Shown: piece after piece, positions 36,658 through 47,251 of the stretch | Numbering within the stretch: position 1 is the stretch's first letter | Layout: each line of letters opens with the position of its first letter | Assembly: GCA_963741945.1 (NCBI GenBank) | Contig: CAVUKA010000001.1 | Location: 160,001-224,000, forward strand | DNA from: an uncultured Gemmatimonadales bacterium | Lineage (GTDB): Bacteria > Gemmatimonadota > Gemmatimonadetes > Longimicrobiales > RSA9 | DNA: 64,000 nt | Direction of reading: 5' to 3' | The notes under the pieces: generated by a model | The model's database searches: none | Seen by the model: the letters and a program-made list of their open reading frames with translations, nothing else | Told to the model about the DNA's origin: nothing | Made by a program: the position numbers and the translations under genes

Positions 36658-37560
36658 TCAGGGCTGCGGGATGCGCACCGTGGCCCACCCATCGCCGGCC
36701 GGTCCCGCGTAGCGCGCGTCGCCCACGGTGACCGACGAGCCTGCCGCGCGGAAGAAGGGATAGCGCGACCAGACCAGGAACCGGCGGCCGCGGTCGCTGG
36801 CCTCGACGGCGGGACGCAGCTCGGAGTTCCGGGGCAGTGCGCCATAGGCCCGGAAGCCGGAATCCGGCGCATATCCGCCGAACTGGTAGGTATCGGGCTC
36901 CTCGACCAGGATGCTGCGGCGGAGGGGGTTCAGGGCCACGGGCGAGGCGAGCACGTGGACCGGAGACCCGTGCGCACCGGCGCCGAGGCTCCGCTCGATC
37001 CTGGAGCGGACCGTGGCGCTCCACCCCCACATCCCGACACCGTAGAGGACGCACGCCGCGAGCGCCGCGCGGGCGGCGGCCGGCCCGAAGCGTCGAGCCA
37101 GGATGATGCCGGTCACGAGCGCGAGCCAGATCCACGGGTCGGCGATGAACCACGCGTCCCCGTGGTACCAGTGCCAGGAGAAGGGCGCCAGCAGGCGGAC
37201 CCCGTACGTGTTCATCCAGTCCAGCAGCGGGTGGGACCAGACCGCCAGCGTGGCCGCGGCGAGGAGCGGACCCGGTCGCGCCCGGGGCCGTGCGGGCGCC
37301 GTGCGTCGCCTGGCTCGCCAGCGGTCGAAGAGGAGCAGTCCGCCCGTCAGGACCAGCGGGAGGACGGCCATGGCGAGGATCCCGTGGGTCCAGCCGCGGC
37401 GGAACGCCAGGGCGTGGGTTTCGCCCCAGGCGTACGCGGCCGCGTCCACGTCCGGCAGGTTGGCGCCGATGAGGAGGGCCGCGTAGGCCAGCGGCGTCCA
37501 GCGGCGGGCGCCGGACTCCGCCATGGCGGCGCCCACGAGGGTATGCGTGAGGTTGTCCAT
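36658..37560 (-). CDS. YdjM-like membrane-bound metal-dependent hydrolase
   Basis: MDNLTHTL, ANLPDVD, RRGWTHG, SHPLLDWMNTYGV. Confidence 0.88.
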   Translation of the reverse strand: MDNLTHTLVGAAMAESGARRWTPLAYAALLIGANLPDVDAAAYAWGETHALAFRRGWTHGILAMAVLPLVLTGGLLLFDRWRARRRTAPARPRARPGPLLAAATLAVWSHPLLDWMNTYGVRLLAPFSWHWYHGDAWFIADPWIWLALVTGIILARRFGPAAARAALAACVLYGVGMWGWSATVRSRIERSLGAGAHGSPVHVLASPVALNPLRRSILVEEPDTYQFGGYAPDSGFRAYGALPRNSELRPAVEASDRGRRFLVWSRYPFFRAAGSSVTVGDARYAGPAGDGWATVRIPQP

Positions 37561-37795
37561 GCAGCGGGAACCTTCCAGAGCGCAGGCTGTTCTCGGGGGG
37601 ATGAGCCAGGTGTGATCGCGTCAACATCTCAAAATACCCGATCCTCGTCCCCTTCGCGCGGATCCTCGCAGGGCCGGTGCTGGAAGCGGTGTAGCGGGCG
37701 ACGGGGGCCGGCCCTCTGAAACCCTGCCGACGCTCCTTCCGTCAGGGCACGGAGCGGCGTCACGGGGGCGCCGGACACGGAAGGGTCAGGGTGCA

Positions 37796-38710
37796 ATGAC
37801 GGTCATCGAGACGCAGGGGCTGACCAAGCGCTACCGCCGCCACCTCGCGGTGGACGGCGTTTCGTTCGCAGTGGAGCGCGGCCAGATCTTCGGGTTCCTG
37901 GGGCCGAACGGGTCCGGGAAGACCACCACCATCGGGATGCTGCTGGGCATCACGTCGCCCACGGCGGGGCACTTCCGCCTCTTCGGCGAGCCGGGTCCCG
38001 GACGGATGCACCGGGTGCGCCAGCGGATCGGCGCCACACTGGAACAGCCCAATTTCTACCCCTACCTCAGCGGTTTCGACAACCTCCGAATCGCCGCCAA
38101 CGTGAAGGGCGTGGGAGCCGCGGCGATCGAGGAAGCGCTGGCGGTGGTGCGCCTGGGCGACCGCGGTCGCGACACGTACCGCACGTACTCGCTGGGGATG
38201 AAGCAGCGCCTGGCGCTGGCGGCCACGATCGTTGCGGATCCGGAGCTCATCCTCCTGGACGAGCCGGCGAACGGCCTCGACCCGGAGGGGATGCGCGAGA
38301 TACGGCAGGTGATCCTGGAGCTGGGCGAGCGCGGCAAGACCATCTTCCTGTCCAGCCACCTCCTGCACGATGTGGAGCGGACCTGCACCCACGTGGCGGT
38401 GATCCGGAAGGGGCGGATCGTGCGTCAGGAGAGCGTGGAGGCGCTGCTCTCGAACAACGTGGCGGCCGAGCTCCACGGGCCCGACCCGGTGGTGTTGGCG
38501 GCGGCGGTGGCGGAGTACCCGCGCACGGTGAGCGCGCGCCGCGAGGGCGATGTGGTGGTCGCGCAGCTCGGGGACCGGGACCTGGGCGCGCTCAACCGCT
38601 TCCTGGCAGGCCGAGGTGTGTACGTGGACCGGCTGGCGGAGCGCCGGCGGTCGCTGGAGGAGGCCTTCCTGGAGATCACCACGGCGGATGTGGAGGAGGT
38701 GGCGGCATGA
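37796..38710 (+). CDS. ABC transporter ATP-binding protein
   Basis: GPNGSGKTT, YSLGMKQR, LLDEPANGLD, SSH. Confidence 0.93.
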   Translation: MTVIETQGLTKRYRRHLAVDGVSFAVERGQIFGFLGPNGSGKTTTIGMLLGITSPTAGHFRLFGEPGPGRMHRVRQRIGATLEQPNFYPYLSGFDNLRIAANVKGVGAAAIEEALAVVRLGDRGRDTYRTYSLGMKQRLALAATIVADPELILLDEPANGLDPEGMREIRQVILELGERGKTIFLSSHLLHDVERTCTHVAVIRKGRIVRQESVEALLSNNVAAELHGPDPVVLAAAVAEYPRTVSARREGDVVVAQLGDRDLGALNRFLAGRGVYVDRLAERRRSLEEAFLEITTADVEEVAA

Positions 38711-39540
38711 CGACGATGGTGCTGGCGAGGAACGAATGGCTGAAGACCACGCGCCGGCTGGCGTTCTGGATCACACTTCTGTGCCTGGCGGGTCTCATGG
38801 GAATCGTCTTCTGGGATCGGCACAGTACGGGTGTGAACAGCGCCAAGGTCGCGCCGTTCACCCTCCCGGACGGCTGGCGTTACATCCTCTCGGAGGCGGG
38901 CCCGATGCCCGCCATGTTCGGCGCGGTCCTGATCATCATGCTGGTGGCCAGCGAGTTCTCGTGGCGCACGGCCAGGCAGAACGTGATCGACGGGCTGTCG
39001 CGGGGACAGTTCTTCGCGGGAAAGACGCTGCTGCTCCCCGCCGTTGCCGTGGCCACGCTGCTCCCGGTGGTGCTGGTGGGCGCCACCGTGGCGCTCCTGG
39101 ACACGGCGCCGTCCGCCCTGGCCGGGGCGCTCCCGGGGCAGGAAGACCTTGCGTTCGCCGGTGGCGACCTCCTGGCCGTCGGCGTGATGGCGGCCATGGC
39201 GCTCCTGCTGGCCACCACGGTCCGCAGTTCCGGACCCGCCATGGCCCTCTACTTCTTCTATATCGCTTTCGGTGAGCGCATCCTGGCAGGCGCGGCCGCA
39301 AGGCTCATCCCCGCCGCGGCGGCGCTGGGGCCGTACTGGCCGTGGCAGGTGGTTTCCCGGCTGACGGAGGAGGGGACGTACTACGCCCCGGTGCGACAGG
39401 CGGCAGTGGAGGAGGCAGCGACGAAGGGGGCAGCCGCCCCGACGTTCATCGATCCCGCGGTGCTCTCGGCTGTGGCCGTCGCCTGGATCCTGGTGTTCGC
39501 GCTGGGGGGATACCTGGCCTTCCGCCGCAGGGATCTCTAA
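38707..39540 (+). CDS. ABC-2-type permease
   Basis: Six TM helices, SEFSWRTARQNVIDGLSR, FRRRDL end; ATGA-coupled to the ATPase. Confidence 0.88.
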   Translation: MTTMVLARNEWLKTTRRLAFWITLLCLAGLMGIVFWDRHSTGVNSAKVAPFTLPDGWRYILSEAGPMPAMFGAVLIIMLVASEFSWRTARQNVIDGLSRGQFFAGKTLLLPAVAVATLLPVVLVGATVALLDTAPSALAGALPGQEDLAFAGGDLLAVGVMAAMALLLATTVRSSGPAMALYFFYIAFGERILAGAAARLIPAAAALGPYWPWQVVSRLTEEGTYYAPVRQAAVEEAATKGAAAPTFIDPAVLSAVAVAWILVFALGGYLAFRRRDL

Positions 39541-39726
39541 CCGGGTCGGCCGGCCGGGCTGTCGAGGGTGGACGGGCTCCGGCTCCCGTCCGGCACATCC
39601 GTGGCCTTGAGGCCGAGGCGGGCCGAAGCAATCCCCTGGGTCGGCGCCGCGCTGTTGAAGCTCGGCTTCACGACGACGCGGCGGGTGCCCGTCCCTCGGG
39701 GATCAGCATCCGCCGCGCCTGCGTCA

Positions 39727-41193
39727 TCACAACCGCACGACCACCTTCCCCTCCCCCCGCTCCACCTCGGCCCCTTCGAAGCGCGCCTCGAAACCGGCCG
39801 CCCGCACCACCACCGCGCCATCCTCGAGCGTGACTGCCGGCTCTTCGGCGAACCCGGTCACCACCAGCGCCGCGAAACCGTTGCCCAGCGGGTCGCCCCC
39901 GATGCCGCGCGTGAGCGCCGACCGGTCCAGCACCTCCACCTGGCCGCGGGCGTTGCCGAGCCGCACCCAGCGGGTGTGAAGCAGCTCGGCGCCACCCAGG
40001 CGGATGAGGTTGGCCGGGTCCAGGTTGCGCAGCCCGAGCGGCGCCGCCTCCGTCGCTTCCACGGTGATGCGCCAGCCATCGCGCGCAAGGAATGCGGCCC
40101 GCGCGGAGTCCCGCCGCGCCCGCACGCCGGCCACATCGCGGTCCGCCCGGGCCCGCGCCGCGCGCAGGTCATGGCGCCACGGCACCGGCCGCGCGCCCGC
40201 AACCGCCGGCAGCGCGGCGAGGGCCCGGTCCAGCGACGGGGCGGCCCCGGCCTCCACGGCCGCCTCCCATTGCGGGTCGAGCCGCTCCAGCACGGTCGTG
40301 AGCGCCAGCCCCATGGCGTAGTTGCGCATGAACAGCGCTTCCGGCTCGAAGCCGTCCGCGGGCAGCGTCATGAGCCCCGCCCGGGAGCCCGTGCTCGCGG
40401 CCTGCACGTGCTGCGCGGTGCCCTCCATCAGCTCCATGCCTCGCTCGAACCGCACCACTGACGCCGGCAGCAGCGCGTACCGTTCGCGCCGCGCTTCCAC
40501 CGCCGCGGCGGCCAGCGCCGCAACGCTGTCGGGGTTCGTCGCCTCGAGCGCACGCCGCAGAAGCGCCGTCTCCATGCGACGCAGCGCCAGCACGCGCGCG
40601 TCCGCCACCGGCGTCTCCAGCCCCATGCCACCCGGGCCCCAGTCCGGGTGCGCGCGCGCCTCGTAGGCGTGGAACGCCTCGTGGACCGCCACGCCCGCCC
40701 GGTCACGGGGGGAGGGGAACGCCTCCAGCGTTGAAAGCAGCAGCGTGGCCGTGGTCACGCCCCCGATCTTCGCCGTGCTGTTCGCCCGCACCGCCTCGTG
40801 CTGCCCTTCCGCCACCCACACGCCGGGCGCACCGGCCTCCTCGAATCCGGGCGGCGGCGACGGGTGGTCCAGCAGCCACGTCCGCCCGCCCCCGGCAATC
40901 GCCACCGGGTACTCCCCAGGATCGAACCCCGGCCACACCCGGCGTCCGGCCAGATCCCCGTACGCCGCCTTGATCGCCAGCACCTCCGCGAGCGCCGCCC
41001 CCGTATCGGCGGCCGCCGCCAGCGCCCGCCCCCGCTCCTGTGCGGTCTCCGGCTCCATCTCCCGCTCGGTCTCCTGCGCACCGAGCGCCGCCGGCCACGC
41101 GCCCATCCCAAGCAGCACCACCAGCACCGCCGATCCGCCTCGCTGCCGCTGTCCCAGCACGTCCGACCTCCCATTTCGGGTTCGTCCCGCCAA
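39727..41193 (-). CDS. Exported hypothetical protein with an HEXXH motif
   Basis: Signal-like helix, AVHEAFHAY and downstream ELMEGTA (gluzincin-like). Confidence 0.65.
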   Translation of the reverse strand: MAGRTRNGRSDVLGQRQRGGSAVLVVLLGMGAWPAALGAQETEREMEPETAQERGRALAAAADTGAALAEVLAIKAAYGDLAGRRVWPGFDPGEYPVAIAGGGRTWLLDHPSPPPGFEEAGAPGVWVAEGQHEAVRANSTAKIGGVTTATLLLSTLEAFPSPRDRAGVAVHEAFHAYEARAHPDWGPGGMGLETPVADARVLALRRMETALLRRALEATNPDSVAALAAAAVEARRERYALLPASVVRFERGMELMEGTAQHVQAASTGSRAGLMTLPADGFEPEALFMRNYAMGLALTTVLERLDPQWEAAVEAGAAPSLDRALAALPAVAGARPVPWRHDLRAARARADRDVAGVRARRDSARAAFLARDGWRITVEATEAAPLGLRNLDPANLIRLGGAELLHTRWVRLGNARGQVEVLDRSALTRGIGGDPLGNGFAALVVTGFAEEPAVTLEDGAVVVRAAGFEARFEGAEVERGEGKVVVRL

Positions 41194-41248
41194 TGTCCCC
41201 TCTACGGCCGCAATTGTGACGGGGATTCACTTGAGTGGGGGGGAGGTG

Positions 41249-41569
41249 CGTGAGGCCGGGCAGCAGCGCGTTGCAGCGCACGCCTGTCTCGGCGCATTCC
41301 ACCGCGAAGGCCCTGGTCATCGAGATCACGGCCGCCTTGGTGATGGAATAGATGCCCTGCTGGAAACCGGGCACCACGCCGTTGACCGAGGCCACGTTGA
41401 CCATGGCTCCGCCTCCGTTCTTCGCCATCAATTTGGCACCGTGGCTCGACATGTAGAAGTAGCCGCGGATGTTCACGTCCACCGTCTTCTGGAAGACCGT
41501 CGCATCGGTTTCGGTGATCGGGCCGAAGTAGGGGTTGGTGGCGGCGTTGTTGACCAGCACGTCGAGCCG
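41249..41569 (-). pseudogene. Internal fragment of a short-chain dehydrogenase (SDR)
   Basis: RLDVLVNNAATNPYFG...NVASV...YSITKAA...RCNALLPGLT; lacks the N-terminal TGxxxGxG motif and the C-terminus. Confidence 0.85.
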
Positions 41570-41744
41570 CCTGGGTGATCCCGAGCAGGTCCGCCGCTTC
41601 GGTCCGTTTGAGGCCACGTTCCCTCAGCTCCTTCCGAATCGCCCTGGCGAGCTCCGCCTTGGCGAGGCGCTCTTCCGCGTCCCGCGAGTCCATGTCCGCG
41701 AAGATGTTCCCGCTCCTTTCACCTATTGTAGTCTCTTCGCTCAT
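41570..41744 (-). pseudogene. Truncated XRE/HigA-like antitoxin, paralog of 63622..63960
   Basis: SGNIFADM...AEERLAKAELARAIRKEL...EAADLLGITQ, cut inside the HTH by the SDR fragment. Confidence 0.85.
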
Positions 41745-42270
41745 ATCACTCTCCGAACCGCCGCCGATGGTCCTCGGCGGGCACCAGCCAGGCCGCGCCG
41801 CACGTCACCGGCCTCGCGGCGCTTGCGGTGGAGGACGTGGGCCGCAACCCGGCGCAGGTGCGGGCCCATATCCGCCGGTTCCGTTCCCCAAGCCCGATCA
41901 TCCCCCACCCGTCGCACCGGCCGATCCCCTGCCCCATGACGACTCCGACAAGACGCCCGCCGAACTCACCGGACCTTCCACCTGCATCACGCGCGCCCGC
42001 CCATGACCACCGCTCTTGACCCGCCCATCCAACGCCACCCATCGTACCGAGAACAGCCGAAACGGTGTTTGGATCTCCTTCTATGGGGCGGCCCATCAAG
42101 CCGCACGCCGACTGCTCAGGTACGCCTCTGAAATCGTGCGTTCGCCAGGAGCGCGCGGCTCGTCGCCACTTCGACACACCGGCTGAACCTGCTGGGTGCG
42201 CAGACCGCTGCAATGTGGACCTGCCCGCCTGCGCACAGGCCGACTCCTGCCTGCTGGGGAGGGCAGTACG

Positions 42271-44991
42271 ATGCCCGAGTCCATCGACAGAATCAACGCC
42301 GCCCTCTCGGATCGTTATCGTGTCGAGCGCCTGCTCGGCGAAGGCGGCATGGCCACGGTATACCTGGCCGAGGACCTCAAGCACCGGCGCAAGGTGGCCC
42401 TCAAGATCCTCAAGCCCGACGTTGCCGCAGTCGTGGGCTCTGCCCGGTTCCTCGCCGAGATCGAAACCACGGCCAACCTGCACCACCCCCACATTCTTCC
42501 GCTCCACGACTCCGGGGAGGCCGACGGCCTGCTCTACTACGCGATGCCGAGGGTGGAAGGCGAGTCACTTCGGGACCGCCTGGACCGTGAAGGCCAGCTT
42601 CCGGTGGAGGAGGCGGTACGGATCGCGGTGGCGGTAGCCGGCGCACTGGAGCACGCGCACGCCCGGGGCGTGATCCATCGCGACATCAAGCCCGGCAACA
42701 TCCTGCTGCAGGACGGGCAGCCGCTCGTCGCCGACTTCGGCATCGCACTGGCCGTGGGCACGGCGGCCGGCAACCGCCTCACGGAGACGGGCATCCGCGT
42801 AGGAACACCGTTCTACATGAGCCCCGAACAGGCGACGGGCGACCATGCAGTCGGCCCGGCGAGCGACGTGTACGCGCTGGCCTGCGTGCTCTACGAGATG
42901 CTGGTGGGCGAGCCACCGTTTGCGGGCACGGTGGCGCAGGCGATGCTCGGCAGGATCATATCGGGGAGCTTCAGGCGGCCCAGGGATGTGCGGCCGCTCG
43001 TACCGGCCAACGTCGATGCCGCGCTGCGGAAGGCGCTGGAGAGACTGCCCGCAGATCGCTTCTCCTCCGCCAGGGCTTTCGCCAGGGCCCTCGGTGATCG
43101 AGGGTTCCGCTACGGCCCCGACGAGGACGCCCGGGCGGCGGCGCAAGACGGCCGGCGGCGGCGCGCAACAGTGGGAGCCGTGGCCGTCGCGGCTCTCGTG
43201 GCGGCCATGGCGGGGTGGGTGATCCTGAAGAGCGGAGCGCCCCGGCCGGTGGCGCGGTATTCACTGCGACTGCCGGACGGTCACGATATCGGCCAGATCC
43301 ACGGCTCGAATCTCGCCGTATCCCCGGATGGGTCGAGGCTGGTCTACGTGGGACCTGGACCGGGGGTCAGCGGCCGGTCTCAGCTCTGGCTCAAGAGGCG
43401 CGACGAGCTCGACCCCACTCCCCTGCCCGGTACCGAGGACGGACACGGGCCGTCCTTCTCGCCCGACGGCTCCCGGATCGCCTTTCTCGTCGGCAGACCT
43501 CTTGGTGCGGGGCCCTTCAGGATCAAGGTGTCGTCCCTCACTGGCGATCCCCCGGTGATCGTCGCGGAGAAGGGCGTCGGCGGCGATGCCGTCTGGTGGG
43601 GCGGCGATGGAAAGCTCTATTACGAGGGGGTCGCTCCCACCGGTGGACCCTGGGGCATCCTGCGCGTGCCGGCGTCGGGCGGCGCTCCCGAACAGGTGAC
43701 GAGTATTGACGCGGAGAGGCAGGAGACCTTCCATGAATGGCCCGAGCTGCTTCCGGGTGGCAACCGGATGTTGTTCACCGCGACACACACGTCACCGGCG
43801 GACGTGTCGGAGTACAATGTGGCGGTGGCCGATCTTGCAGCTGGCACACATCGCGTCCTCGTGCGGGGGGTCTTCGGCCGGTATGCGCCGTCCGGGCACC
43901 TGCTCTATGTGACGTCGAGCGGAGCCCTCATGGGGGCGCCCTTCGATCCCGACGCGATGCAGCTGACGGGGCCGCCGGTCAGGCTCGCGCGGGGCGTCAC
44001 CGTCGGCCTGTTCGGCTCGGTGGACCTTTCGCTGGCCGACGACGGAACCCTCGTCTACCGGACGGGCGGCGGCGCCAATGGCATTGGGCGGGTCGTGTGG
44101 GTGGGGCGGGACGGCGGAATCACGCCCGTCGACTCGGCCTGGAGCTATATGCCGTTCCCGACCCCGGCGCTCTCCCTCTCCCCGGACGGGAAGAGCCTCG
44201 CCTTGTTCATGCAGACAGAAGCGGGCGAAGATATCTGGGTGAAGATGTTGGGCGGAGGAGCTCCTTCTCGCCTGACCTTCGACACGGCCGAGGACCGCGA
44301 TCCCCGCTGGGCGCCCGACGGAAAGCACATCTACTTCATCTCGAACCGGAATGGACACGACGACGTTTGGTCCCGCGCGGCGGACGGAAGCGGAGAAGCC
44401 GAGATGGTCCTGGACCTCCCGACGGACATAGAGGAGTTCGAGGCTGCGCCCGGGCAACACCGATTCCTCGTGGGCGTCGATCACGGAGATTCACGCGATC
44501 TGGTAGCCGTGACCGGCGGCGATACGCTCGAGACGCCCGTCGCCGGCAGTCTGGACGACGAAGTCGCCCTGGACCTCTCCGACAATGGCCGGTGGGTAGC
44601 GTACGAGTCCATCACCAGGACTGGGGAAACGGAGGTATACGTAAGCCCCTTCGGCGATGCGAGCCGCGGGAGATGGCAGGTTTCCACCGACGGCGGGAGC
44701 AGTCCGCGCTGGGGGCACGACGGACGTGAGCTCTTCTATGTGGACGCCAGTGGCATGATGGTGTCCGCCCAGGTGGAAACGGCCCCTGGCTTTCGCGTGG
44801 TGAGGCACACGCCTCTGTTCAGTGTCACTGACCGTCATCTGCTTTCCGGAAACTATGCGGAATGGGATGTGGCACCCGGCGGACAGCGCTTCATCATGAT
44901 TCAGCTCACGGGGGAGAACCCGGACCAGCGCCACGACCTGGTGGTGGTGGAGAATTTCTTCCGTGAGCTGAAGGAGAAGGTGGGGAGCTAG
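42271..44991 (+). CDS. Hanks-type Ser/Thr kinase with TM helix and TolB/PD40 beta-propeller
   Basis: LGEGGMATVY, VALK, HRDIKPGN, DFG, YMSPEQ; SPDG repeats. Confidence 0.95.
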   Translation: MPESIDRINAALSDRYRVERLLGEGGMATVYLAEDLKHRRKVALKILKPDVAAVVGSARFLAEIETTANLHHPHILPLHDSGEADGLLYYAMPRVEGESLRDRLDREGQLPVEEAVRIAVAVAGALEHAHARGVIHRDIKPGNILLQDGQPLVADFGIALAVGTAAGNRLTETGIRVGTPFYMSPEQATGDHAVGPASDVYALACVLYEMLVGEPPFAGTVAQAMLGRIISGSFRRPRDVRPLVPANVDAALRKALERLPADRFSSARAFARALGDRGFRYGPDEDARAAAQDGRRRRATVGAVAVAALVAAMAGWVILKSGAPRPVARYSLRLPDGHDIGQIHGSNLAVSPDGSRLVYVGPGPGVSGRSQLWLKRRDELDPTPLPGTEDGHGPSFSPDGSRIAFLVGRPLGAGPFRIKVSSLTGDPPVIVAEKGVGGDAVWWGGDGKLYYEGVAPTGGPWGILRVPASGGAPEQVTSIDAERQETFHEWPELLPGGNRMLFTATHTSPADVSEYNVAVADLAAGTHRVLVRGVFGRYAPSGHLLYVTSSGALMGAPFDPDAMQLTGPPVRLARGVTVGLFGSVDLSLADDGTLVYRTGGGANGIGRVVWVGRDGGITPVDSAWSYMPFPTPALSLSPDGKSLALFMQTEAGEDIWVKMLGGGAPSRLTFDTAEDRDPRWAPDGKHIYFISNRNGHDDVWSRAADGSGEAEMVLDLPTDIEEFEAAPGQHRFLVGVDHGDSRDLVAVTGGDTLETPVAGSLDDEVALDLSDNGRWVAYESITRTGETEVYVSPFGDASRGRWQVSTDGGSSPRWGHDGRELFYVDASGMMVSAQVETAPGFRVVRHTPLFSVTDRHLLSGNYAEWDVAPGGQRFIMIQLTGENPDQRHDLVVVENFFRELKEKVGS

Positions 44992-45174
44992 CGCCCACTC
45001 GAATCGCACGGCGCCGGCCACTTCCTCCGCGCTGCATCTGGATCAGGCCGCCGGAACCCTGGCGCGGGACGCCACGCAGGCCCGGTGGCGGCACACGCCC
45101 TGGTCCTTGCCGGGGGCCGGGGGCTGCCAGATCTTTCCAGTGTCCAGGTCCTTCCTCCCAGGGGCAGCCCGACC

Positions 45175-47220
45175 ATGCGGCCACTGGATCGCTTCTTCGC
45201 CGAGCTTCAACGCCGCCGCGCGTTGCGAGTGGCGCTGGCCTACGGCGCGTTCGCATTCGCCCTCGTGCAGGCCGCGGACGTCTATTTCCCGGCGCTGGGG
45301 CTTTCGGATCGCGCGTTCCGGGTGCTGGCGGTGCTTTCGCTGCTCGGCTTTCCGCTGGTGCTGGTGCTGGCCTGGATCTTCGACGTGGGGCGGGGCGGCG
45401 TGCGGCGGACGCCGGCGCTCTCCTCCGCCGAGGACGTGGCGCCCCGCCCCGCCACCGTCGCTGCCGGGGGGCGCGGCGTCATGACTGCCGCCGCGGCCCT
45501 GCTGCTCCTCCTGTTCGGGGCCGTGGCCGCAGTCGCATTCCGCAGTGGTCGGATGGCGGCGGCGAACGAAGTCCGGGCCGGGTCGCGGATCCCGCGCTAC
45601 CAGGTCCAGCGCCTCACGTCGGAGCCGGGAGTGGAGTGGTTCCCCGACCTGTCGCCAGACGGGGAATGGCTGGTGTATTCGGGCGTCGGCGCGGGCGGTG
45701 GCAGGGACGTGTTCCTGCGTGCGGTCGGCGGACAGCGGGCCATTCCGCTGACGGCCGACTTTCCCGGTGACGACGATGAGCCGGCATTCTCGCCCGACGG
45801 CGAACGGATCGCATTCCGGTCCGAGCGCGACGGTGGCGGCATCTTCGTCATGGGTCGGACGGGCGAGGCGCTGCGGCGTGTGACGCGGATGGGGTACCGG
45901 CCGACGTGGTCGCCGGACGGGCGCCGGCTGGCGTTCGTGACGGAGGACGTCGAGCTGAATCCGCAGAACGCGGATCAGCGCAGCGAGCTGTGGATCGTGG
46001 AAGTGGACACGGGCGCGCGCCGGCGGATCGAGACCGTGGAGGATGCGGTGCTGCCCAGCTGGTCGCCGGGCGGCGGCCGGATCGCGTACTTCCGGCGGGG
46101 CTTCGGCGAGAGCGGCGAGTGGGGAATCTGGACCGTGGACACGGCCGGCACCGCGCCCGTGAAGGTGACCGGTGGTGCGAACCGCGACTGGTATCCGGTC
46201 TGGGCCCCCGACGGGCGCCACCTCTTCTTCGCCAGTGACCGCGCCGGGAGCATGAACCTGTGGCGCATCGCCGTGGACGAGGAGACCGGGGCCGCCACCG
46301 GTCCCCCCGAGCCCATCGTGACCCCCGCCACCACGCTGGCGCACATCGCGGTATCGGGAAACGGGCTGAGGCTGGTCTACAGCTCGGTGCTGGCCACCAA
46401 CAACGTGCAGCGGCTGCCCGTGGATCCCGCCACCGGCCGCCCCACGGGCTCGCCGACCTGGATCACCACGGGGACCCGCCGCTGGTCCTCCCCCGATCCC
46501 TCCCGGGACGGGCGCCGGATCGCGATGTATTCGCTCACGCAGCCGGAAGGCCACGTCTTCGTCGTCGCCGCCGATGGCACGGGGCTCCGGCAGGTCACGG
46601 GCGACACCGCCGTGGACCGCGTGCCGCGCTGGTCACCGGACGGCGAGTGGCTCGCCTTCTTCTCCGACCGCGGCGGGCAGCTGCAGGTGTGGAAGATCCG
46701 TCCCGACGGGAGCGACCTCCAGCGGATCTCGGACAGCGGGGGTGTGCCCGCGTGGTCGCCGGACGGCTCGCTCATCGCCACGGGAGTGGGTGCTGCCGCG
46801 TACCTGGTCGATGGCCGCGGCCCCGGGGTCGGCACCCCTCCGGACACGCTGCCACTGCCCGATGTCGGCGACCTGCCCTTCACACCCAACGCCTGGTCGC
46901 CGGATGGCAGGCTGGTGGCAGGCGGCGCCGGCTACGGCGACGGCGGGATCATCATCTACAATGTGGCGTCCAGGCGTTACGACCGCCTCACCGACTTCGG
47001 ACAGTGGCCGGTCTGGCTCCCCGACGGGCGGACGATCCTCTTCGTCACCGGCGGAAATGCGTTTCACACCGTGAACCGGCTCACGCGCGCCGTGCAGCCC
47101 GTGTTCTCCGGGGAGCGGGACGTGATCGGCCCGCCCCGCCTGGCCCCCGACGCGCGCGCCATCTACTTCACCCGCGCGGTCACCGAAGCGGACATCTGGA
47201 TGGTGAGGTTCGAGCCGTAG
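45175..47220 (+). CDS. Membrane-anchored TolB-like PD40 repeat protein
   Basis: FFAELQRRRALRVALAY...GFPLVLVLAWIFD membrane module, then many WSPDG repeats. Confidence 0.85.
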   Translation: MRPLDRFFAELQRRRALRVALAYGAFAFALVQAADVYFPALGLSDRAFRVLAVLSLLGFPLVLVLAWIFDVGRGGVRRTPALSSAEDVAPRPATVAAGGRGVMTAAAALLLLLFGAVAAVAFRSGRMAAANEVRAGSRIPRYQVQRLTSEPGVEWFPDLSPDGEWLVYSGVGAGGGRDVFLRAVGGQRAIPLTADFPGDDDEPAFSPDGERIAFRSERDGGGIFVMGRTGEALRRVTRMGYRPTWSPDGRRLAFVTEDVELNPQNADQRSELWIVEVDTGARRRIETVEDAVLPSWSPGGGRIAYFRRGFGESGEWGIWTVDTAGTAPVKVTGGANRDWYPVWAPDGRHLFFASDRAGSMNLWRIAVDEETGAATGPPEPIVTPATTLAHIAVSGNGLRLVYSSVLATNNVQRLPVDPATGRPTGSPTWITTGTRRWSSPDPSRDGRRIAMYSLTQPEGHVFVVAADGTGLRQVTGDTAVDRVPRWSPDGEWLAFFSDRGGQLQVWKIRPDGSDLQRISDSGGVPAWSPDGSLIATGVGAAAYLVDGRGPGVGTPPDTLPLPDVGDLPFTPNAWSPDGRLVAGGAGYGDGGIIIYNVASRRYDRLTDFGQWPVWLPDGRTILFVTGGNAFHTVNRLTRAVQPVFSGERDVIGPPRLAPDARAIYFTRAVTEADIWMVRFEP

Positions 47221-47251
47221 CGCTGACTGTCACACGGCGTCTCCCTCCCGC

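Noticed and set aside
39595-39725. Possible degenerate REP-like palindrome (gaagcaatcccc...ggggatcagc)
   Set aside because: Imperfect pairing and no second copy noticed in the window.
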